A DNA stretch of 64,000 nt from Oligoflexales bacterium (GTDB taxonomy: Bacteria > Bdellovibrionota_B > Oligoflexia > Oligoflexales > RGVZ01), in contig JBIIGV010000002.1 of the NCBI GenBank assembly GCA_044236265.1, positions 13,280 to 77,279 of the forward strand, given 5' to 3'. This document shows, piece after piece, positions 55,232 to 64,000 of the stretch. Each line of letters opens with the position of its first letter. The stretch's first letter is position 1. The translations under genes were made by a program, and so were the position numbers. Below the pieces are notes generated by a model. That model saw only the letters and a list, made by a program, of their open reading frames with translations, ran no database searches and was not told the origin of the DNA.

Positions 55232-55332
55232 AATTCCTCAAAATATGCCCCAAAGGCTGGAATACATTTTATCAAATTCGGCCAGTGACATATAATTTTG
55301 AGACGATTTTTTTGCCATAAGGAGCAGGTAGG

Positions 55333-56001
55333 ATGTCGATAAATAACGTCACTCAGGCCCTAACCTACTTTCTTGCCATGGTTTTTGCGCTCACTTTTCA
55401 TGAGGCGGCCCATGCTTTCGCCTCTTTTATGCTGGGCGATGACCTAGCAAAACGCGAGGGGCGCCTTAGCTTGAATCCGGCTGTCCATGCAGATCCGATT
55501 GGAACGCTCGTATTTCCACTGGCTTGTTCGGTTATTGGCGCACCCTTTATTGGCTGGGCCAAGCCTGTTCCCTACGATGAAAGAAACTTCAAAAAACCAA
55601 TTCGAGACGCCATGCTTACGGCGGCGGCAGGCCCTTTGTCAAACCTGATTCTGGGCTTTCTCTGTATGTTGTTTTTGGCTCTAAATAGCCGTTATGAATG
55701 GTCCTTATTTGCAGCGGGAAGCTTTTTTGCACCCGCACTAAAGATCATTGCAGCGATGACCTCGGTTAATGGCATGCTTGCCTTTTTGAATTTGATTCCC
55801 TTGCCACCATTGGATGGAGCCACCATCATGAGGGCCTTCGTAAGTCGAGACTTTTGGGATCGCTATGAGACCACCATTGGACCTTATGGATTCATAATCT
55901 TTTTGATGCTTGCATTTGCGGGACTTTTGAATTGGATTGGCACTTTTACAATGGCCTATGTCAATTTTATTAGGATGTTAGCTGAGCAGCTTGTTTTCTG
56001 A
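55333..56001 (+). CDS. Site-2 protease (peptidase M50, YwhC-like)
   Basis: HEAAH, GRLSLNP, GWAKPVP, AGPLSN and NLIPLPPLDG. Confidence 0.93.
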   Translation: MSINNVTQALTYFLAMVFALTFHEAAHAFASFMLGDDLAKREGRLSLNPAVHADPIGTLVFPLACSVIGAPFIGWAKPVPYDERNFKKPIRDAMLTAAAGPLSNLILGFLCMLFLALNSRYEWSLFAAGSFFAPALKIIAAMTSVNGMLAFLNLIPLPPLDGATIMRAFVSRDFWDRYETTIGPYGFIIFLMLAFAGLLNWIGTFTMAYVNFIRMLAEQLVF

Positions 56002-56028
56002 AAACCCTCTCGTGAATGGTGAACGTTC

Positions 56029-56058
56029 TTGACCGCTAGCAATCGTTTTCGTTAGGAT
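56029..56058 (+). promoter_or_regulatory. Probable pyrG operon promoter
   Basis: TTGACC-N18-TAGGAT. Confidence 0.55.
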
Positions 56059-56125
56059 GTGGGTCCAGCGACAGAGTTTTTTCTATCGTTCGGGTCCCGC
56101 AAGCCCCGCCAAAATCTTCATTTAG

Positions 56126-58767
<2,642 letters not shown>

Positions 58768-58797
58768 TAAGAGAAATGTTATTTCTCTTTGGTGTAC

Positions 58798-59406
58798 ATG
58801 ACAAAAAGCAAAGCGATTTTTATTTTGGCATCCCTTGGCGTTATCGTTGCCGCGATATTCGTCTATATAGGCCAGAGCTCTACCAGAGCGCGAAAAGTAA
58901 ATGGAGATTCTGAGCTCAAGGCTAGGCTCGTTGGGTACGAGCTATTTCGCTATAAGGGTGACGAATTGCGGGCGCGGGTTTCAGGTCAGAGCGCGCTTTT
59001 GAAGGAACCGTCTATTCTTATCTGCCAAGATGACATTGTGGGGCTTCGTATGGATGGAAAGCTTCGTGAGCAAGCATCCGCAAAGAAAGCCACCATCGCA
59101 TTTGCGGGAGAGTCGCTTTTTAATCAAAAAGATTCTGTAGTCGATACGATCGAGCTCGATGGCGATGTTGAGTTTCATCGTGCACAAAATCAATTTTTAA
59201 CCGAATGGCTATTTTATTCTGAAAAAACAGGCGAAGCCTCCACCGAAAAGCCCGTTAGAATTGAGTCTTCGGGCCAATTTATAGCCGCAGAGGGTGGAAT
59301 GATCTATAATATCCGCAACGAAGCTTTGCGGCTACGCGGTGGCGTGGTTGGAAGTATTAGAACAGACATTATGCGCAACACCTCCGATCGTAAAAGGTCT
59401 AAATAG
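58798..59406 (+). CDS. lptC: LPS export protein LptC-like
   Basis: N-terminal TM anchor and jellyroll-like beta pattern (TEKPVRI); upstream of lptA and lptB. Confidence 0.65.
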   Translation: MTKSKAIFILASLGVIVAAIFVYIGQSSTRARKVNGDSELKARLVGYELFRYKGDELRARVSGQSALLKEPSILICQDDIVGLRMDGKLREQASAKKATIAFAGESLFNQKDSVVDTIELDGDVEFHRAQNQFLTEWLFYSEKTGEASTEKPVRIESSGQFIAAEGGMIYNIRNEALRLRGGVVGSIRTDIMRNTSDRKRSK

Positions 59407-59409
59407 AGC

Positions 59410-60072
59410 ATGTTTTCTCTTTTGAAACGATCGCTGTTTTCACTGGCTTTAATCTGGCTAGCACTTGGGTCGCAAGCTATGGCCGATCTCCTGGATGACG
59501 CTGAAGAAGACACAAAGCCAACAGAAAAGGCGGGCCCATCGTCATCACTCGAAGGGGTGGATGGTGACAAACCAAAGCAGGTTGCTCCGAAGCAGCCGAG
59601 TGCAAAAACGGTTCTTGAAAACCGTGCGCCCACCCGCGCCAAGTCAGGGACTGGGCGTGTTGGTGTTGTAAAGTTTTGGAGTAAAAGCCTGTCAGGTTTT
59701 CGTGACAAGGGGTCAGTGATTTTGGAGGAGGATGTTGTCGTCACACAAGATGACATTCGTCTGGAGGCTGACAAAGCGACGATTTATTTTGACCAGGGCG
59801 GCAAGGATGTTCGCGAAGTTCATGCGGTAGGATCTGTAAAATTTTCACGAGTTGACCCGGACACTGGAGACCCCATTAAGGCTGAGGGCAAGGAAGCATT
59901 TTTTAGTAACGCCAAGAGAAGTGTGGTTTTGAAGGGTGAGCCTGTTCTACATCGTGGAAGTGATATCGTGCGAGGTAAAGCCATTTATTACGATTTGAAA
60001 AATGGATGGGTGAAGGCGGACCGTGTCGAGGGCGTTGTTCAACCATCAAATAAAAAAGCGGGATCAAAATAA
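59410..60072 (+). CDS. lptA: LPS transport periplasmic protein LptA/OstA family
   Basis: Signal peptide; VVVTQDDIRLEAD, A.GSV, VVLKGEP and G..IYY. Confidence 0.85.
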   Translation: MFSLLKRSLFSLALIWLALGSQAMADLLDDAEEDTKPTEKAGPSSSLEGVDGDKPKQVAPKQPSAKTVLENRAPTRAKSGTGRVGVVKFWSKSLSGFRDKGSVILEEDVVVTQDDIRLEADKATIYFDQGGKDVREVHAVGSVKFSRVDPDTGDPIKAEGKEAFFSNAKRSVVLKGEPVLHRGSDIVRGKAIYYDLKNGWVKADRVEGVVQPSNKKAGSK

Positions 60073-60824
60073 TGGAGCGCGAGATCTCGGATCTGGAAAA
60101 TCGCCCAGAACTTGTGGCCGATCAGATTTCAAAGTCGTTTAAAACAAGACAGGTCGTAAAATCTGTTAGTTTCAGGGTGCGCATGGGGGAAGTCGTGGGT
60201 CTTCTGGGGCCAAACGGGGCTGGGAAGACGACCAGCTTCTATATGGTTGTTGGTTTGCTAAAGCCGCAAACTGGAAGAATACTTATGAATGATACAGAGA
60301 TTACGGATTTGCCAATGCATATGCGGGCAAAAAAGGGCATCTCATATCTTCCGCAGAACATGAGCATCTTTCGCCGTATGACAGTCGAAGATAATCTCCT
60401 GGCTGTTATGGAGGTCTGCGGCATACCTAGGGCAAAACGTCCGGACCGCCTTGAAGAGCTTTTAACCAAGTTTCAAGTTACTCACATAGCCAAGTCAATG
60501 GGCGCAGCCCTCTCTGGCGGCGAGCGAAGAAGGGTTGAAATTGCCAGAGCACTGATTATTGAACCAAGGTTTCTTCTTTTGGACGAGCCGTTTGCAGGTA
60601 TAGATCCAGTAACAGTCCACGAAATTCAGCAAATCATTCTTTCTCTCAAAAATGATGGTCTGGGTGTATTGATCACCGATCATAACGTTCGTGAAACCTT
60701 GGGTAGCTGTGACCGAGCTTATATTCTTGCTAGCGGACAGATAATTGCTCATGGCCTTCCCGACGAGGTGGCAAGTAATCGCGCCGTGCGCGAGAGCTAT
60801 TTGGGTGAAAACTTCAAATTTTAA
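60072..60824 (+). CDS. lptB: LPS export ABC ATPase
   Basis: GPNGAGKTTSFYM, LSGGERRRVEIAR, LDEPFAG.DP and TDHNVRETL. Confidence 0.98.
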   Translation: MEREISDLENRPELVADQISKSFKTRQVVKSVSFRVRMGEVVGLLGPNGAGKTTSFYMVVGLLKPQTGRILMNDTEITDLPMHMRAKKGISYLPQNMSIFRRMTVEDNLLAVMEVCGIPRAKRPDRLEELLTKFQVTHIAKSMGAALSGGERRRVEIARALIIEPRFLLLDEPFAGIDPVTVHEIQQIILSLKNDGLGVLITDHNVRETLGSCDRAYILASGQIIAHGLPDEVASNRAVRESYLGENFKF

Positions 60825-60907
60825 TGAAATACCCCCTTCTGTGTCAGAAGACGCCGCGCCGTCAAGGCTTGGATTGGTTATATTGCCCGGAAGGCGCCGA
60901 AGTCGAT

Positions 60908-60935
60908 TTGTCTTGGCGAATTGTGATGTTATAAT
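60908..60935 (+). promoter_or_regulatory. Probable rpoN promoter
   Basis: TTGTCT-N16-TATAAT with a TGt extended -10. Confidence 0.6.
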
Positions 60936-60980
60936 GTCAGAGATCATTGTGGTACCTGGTGATTTTGGATCGGAATAGAC

Positions 60981-62459
60981 ATGGCAATTAAAATTGGTCA
61001 AACGATAGGTCTCGGTCAATCATTGACGATGACCCCGCAGCTGCAGCAAGCCATCAAACTTTTGCAGCTGTCCAGGCTTGAGCTTGAGCAATTTGTTGAA
61101 ACTCAGATGGCAGAAAACCCGGTCTTGGAAGAAGTTTCGGCAGAGTCTACCGACGACTACACATCGATGGAGCGCGAGTTTACCGAGACGGAAGCTGTAA
61201 AAGGGCGTCTTGAAGAAGCGTCTTCTATCGTCGATCAGGTGAGCAAAAATAAGGAAAACGAGGTTGATTGGGAGAGGCTATCCAATTACGAAGAGTCAAG
61301 ACATCAGGCATCAAGTGGCGGCTCTAAAAATAACTCCGACGATGAGTCCCCCAATTACGAAAACATTGTAACCAAGGCGGCCACGCTACAAGAGTATGTC
61401 CTTGATCAGTCTCGCGAAATTGATTTTTCGGATCGCGAAAGAGCCATTGCAGAGCAGATTTCCGGGAATATCGATGACCGCGGCTATCTTGTCATGTCTA
61501 TTGAAGAGCTTGCCGAAAAAGAAGGTTTTGATCTTGAAACTGCCGAAGGCGTATTAGATACCATTCAACATTTTGATCCACCCGGAGTTGGTGCGCGTGA
61601 TTTGAGAGAATGTCTATTAATTCAAATCAGACACTTCAAGCTTCGAAATGGCGTCGTCGAGCGTATTGTAAGCAACCACCTCCATGATTTGGAAAATCGA
61701 AATTATTCGGCTGTTGCCAAGGCTCTCGGTGTTCCCCTGGAGCAAGTGTACTCAAATGTAGCGGTTATCGCCGGCCTTGATCCGATTCCTGGCCGTCAGT
61801 TTGGTCCAGACGCACCACAGTATATTATCCCCGATGTTTATGTCTTTAAGCTTGGCGGTGAGTGGGCGGTCAGTATGAATGAAGACGGACTGCCACGACT
61901 CAAGGTTAGCCCGTTCTATAAAGACATGCTTAAGGATCAAAAGGCGCAGGCAGTAAAGAAGAGTGAAGGTAAAGACTATCTTGATGACAAAATTAAAAGT
62001 GCACGCTGGATCATTAAAAGCATGGAGCAGCGGCAGCGGACCATTCACCGCGTCATGGAAAAAATTCTTGAGCGTCAAAAGGACTTTTTCGAATATGGGA
62101 TTCAATATTTGAAACCCATGGTGCTTCGCGATATCGCCGATGCTCTTGAGCTTCATGAGTCTACAATTAGCCGGGTCACTACAAATAAATATGTACATAC
62201 CCCGCGAGGTATTTTCGAACTTAAATTTTTCTTTAACAGTGCGATCGGCCGAAGTGATGGTGAGAGTGTTGCCAACGAGGCTGTAAAAAGTCGCATCAAC
62301 GAGATCGTCAAGGCTGAGGACGTCAACAAGCCCCTATCAGATCAGCAAATCATGGAAATGCTGGCCAAAGAAAATATTGATATCAGCCGTCGAACCATTG
62401 CCAAATACCGCGAGCAGGCGGGGATTCTTCCTAGTAGCAAGAGACGAAAGCCTTTTTAA
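60981..62459 (+). CDS. rpoN: RNA polymerase sigma-54 factor
   Basis: MTPQLQQAIKLLQL, HESTISRVT and RpoN box SRRTIAKYRE. Confidence 0.98.
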   Translation: MAIKIGQTIGLGQSLTMTPQLQQAIKLLQLSRLELEQFVETQMAENPVLEEVSAESTDDYTSMEREFTETEAVKGRLEEASSIVDQVSKNKENEVDWERLSNYEESRHQASSGGSKNNSDDESPNYENIVTKAATLQEYVLDQSREIDFSDRERAIAEQISGNIDDRGYLVMSIEELAEKEGFDLETAEGVLDTIQHFDPPGVGARDLRECLLIQIRHFKLRNGVVERIVSNHLHDLENRNYSAVAKALGVPLEQVYSNVAVIAGLDPIPGRQFGPDAPQYIIPDVYVFKLGGEWAVSMNEDGLPRLKVSPFYKDMLKDQKAQAVKKSEGKDYLDDKIKSARWIIKSMEQRQRTIHRVMEKILERQKDFFEYGIQYLKPMVLRDIADALELHESTISRVTTNKYVHTPRGIFELKFFFNSAIGRSDGESVANEAVKSRINEIVKAEDVNKPLSDQQIMEMLAKENIDISRRTIAKYREQAGILPSSKRRKPF

Positions 62460-63338
62460 ATGGCGAAACCCAGAGTCGTAATCATCACGGGTTTATCCGG
62501 AGCAGGCCTTTCTACGGCCATCCACACGCTTCAAGATAACGGATTTTATTGCATCGATAATCTCCCCATCGAGCTCTTGTGGGACACGGTGGCTCTTATC
62601 GACGGCGCGGAAATAACCGCTGAGCGCGGCTATGCGTTTGGCATGGATATTCGAAATAGCCAGTTCGCAGAGCGTTTTCCAAAAATCAAACAAGAGCTAT
62701 CAAACAGAGTTGATCTTGATGTGGTGTTTGTGCGAGCAGAGCCCAGCATTCTCGAGGAACGCTTTGGTACGGCCAGAAGGCGCCACCCGCTGTCGCGCCT
62801 GGCGTCATCCCTCAAAGATCAAATTTTACAGGAAGTCGAGTTACTGGCTCCGGTGGAAAAGTCAGCCGACGCCATTTTGGACACAACTCACCTAAAGCCC
62901 CAGCAACTTAGACAGGCTATTGAACAGCGTTATAGCCAAAACGGTGAGCCGCTTCGGACACTCCAGCTTGTACTCGTTAGTTTCGGTTTTAAAAACTCGC
63001 CCCTTTGGCCTATCGAGGGGCTTCATGACGTCAGGTTTTTGCAAAACCCCTTCTTTGACCCAAAACTAAAAGACAAGACGGGCCTCGATCGAGACGTTCA
63101 AGACTATGTCATGAAATCCAGCGATGCACAGGAAACCTATAACAAAATCAGAGATCTATACCGCTATAGCCTACCCAGGTATTTGGCCGAAGGTCGCCAT
63201 TTTTTACGGGTTGGCATTGGATGCACTGGCGGCCAGCATCGAAGCGTTACGTTTGTCGAAAAACTAAGCCGCGACTTAAAGGAAAATCCGATAAACGGTG
63301 TTTCCGTATCGGTCGTCCACCGCGACATCAGAAAATGA
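62460..63338 (+). CDS. rapZ: RNase adapter RapZ/YvcJ family P-loop protein
   Basis: ITGLSGAG, CIDNLP, RRHPL, SFGFK, DVRFL.NP and GCTGGQHRSV. Confidence 0.93.
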   Translation: MAKPRVVIITGLSGAGLSTAIHTLQDNGFYCIDNLPIELLWDTVALIDGAEITAERGYAFGMDIRNSQFAERFPKIKQELSNRVDLDVVFVRAEPSILEERFGTARRRHPLSRLASSLKDQILQEVELLAPVEKSADAILDTTHLKPQQLRQAIEQRYSQNGEPLRTLQLVLVSFGFKNSPLWPIEGLHDVRFLQNPFFDPKLKDKTGLDRDVQDYVMKSSDAQETYNKIRDLYRYSLPRYLAEGRHFLRVGIGCTGGQHRSVTFVEKLSRDLKENPINGVSVSVVHRDIRK

Positions 63339-63406
63339 TTTTTCGCTGAAATCACGCTAAAAAAACGATAATATTTGGCTCTAATTATTTGCTTGGAGCC
63401 GATGTC

Positions 63407-64000
63407 ATGAGCGAAGCTTTTTCCAGTTTTTTGCGCGCTAGAAAATTTTCAGACCGTCATCTTGGCCCGACCGCCTCTGAGACAAAAGAGCTCCTATCGG
63501 CGCTTGGTGTGTCGAGTCTAACTGAGTTAGCAAATCAGGCAGTGCCGAAAGCTATTCGCGTGACAAAGGCGCTAGAATTGCCGAAGGCTGCGACGGAACA
63601 AGAGGCCCTAACACATCTCAAGTCCATCGCTCGAAAAAATAAAATTTGGCGAAGCTATATTGGATGCGGCTACAGCGGAACAATAGTGCCCCCCGTCATT
63701 CAACGTAATATCCTAGAAAATCCTGGATGGTACACGCAGTACACGCCCTATCAAGCGGAGATTAGTCAGGGTCGTCTTGAAGCTCTCTTAAATTTTCAAA
63801 CGATGATCTGTGAACTCACAGGGCTTCCCGTTTCAAACTCAAGCCTTCTTGATGAAGCAACGGCCGCCGCAGAGGCGATGATGATGAGTTTTGCCGGAAA
63901 AACAAATGCCGATGCGACAAAATACTTTGTTGCCGATTCTTGTCATCCACAGGTCATAGAGCTTGTGAAGACACGCGCGGAGCCGGTGGGCGTATCTGTT
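63407..64000 (+). CDS. gcvP: Glycine dehydrogenase (decarboxylating), 5' part only
   Basis: Not in the ORF track. Manual translation from ATG 63407 gives [40 protein letters not shown] and [13 protein letters not shown]. Confidence 0.96.
   Translation, partial: MSEAFSSFLRARKFSDRHLGPTASETKELLSALGVSSLTELANQAVPKAIRVTKALELPKAATEQEALTHLKSIARKNKIWRSYIGCGYSGTIVPPVIQRNILENPGWYTQYTPYQAEISQGRLEALLNFQTMICELTGLPVSNSSLLDEATAAAEAMMMSFAGKTNADATKYFVADSCHPQVIELVKTRAEPVGVSV

Overview
Core chromosomal region around a probable replication origin. Gene content and order point to a deltaproteobacteria-like lineage, probably Bdellovibrionota/Oligoflexia (inference; no database search was possible). Left to right: purL(partial)-purQ-purS, sdhBAC, M16 peptidase, putative outer-membrane beta-barrel, yajC, UvrD/PcrA helicase, rpoH, DAGK-like kinase-amgK-murU, LysM lipoprotein, a reduced dcw cluster (rsmH-ftsL-ftsI-[murE::murD fusion]-ftsW-murC-ftsQ-ftsA-like-ftsZ), then the F-type ATP synthase genes split by parAB and three parS sites, dnaA-oriC-dnaN-gyrB-gyrA, serine hydrolase, FAD oxidoreductase, a lipoprotein, M50 protease, pyrG-kdsD-lptCAB-rpoN-rapZ and the start of gcvP. 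No rRNA, tRNA, CRISPR array, transposase or phage gene was seen. Most notable: (1) an in-frame MurE-MurD fusion where murF-mraY normally lie, next to an AmgK/MurU salvage pair; (2) repeated absence of interior genes from several conserved operons; (3) parABS with exactly 38-bp-phased parS sites between the atp gene blocks, next to dnaA; (4) a ~460-bp, apparently structured intergenic region that is a candidate ncRNA. None of these can be confirmed as novel from sequence alone.
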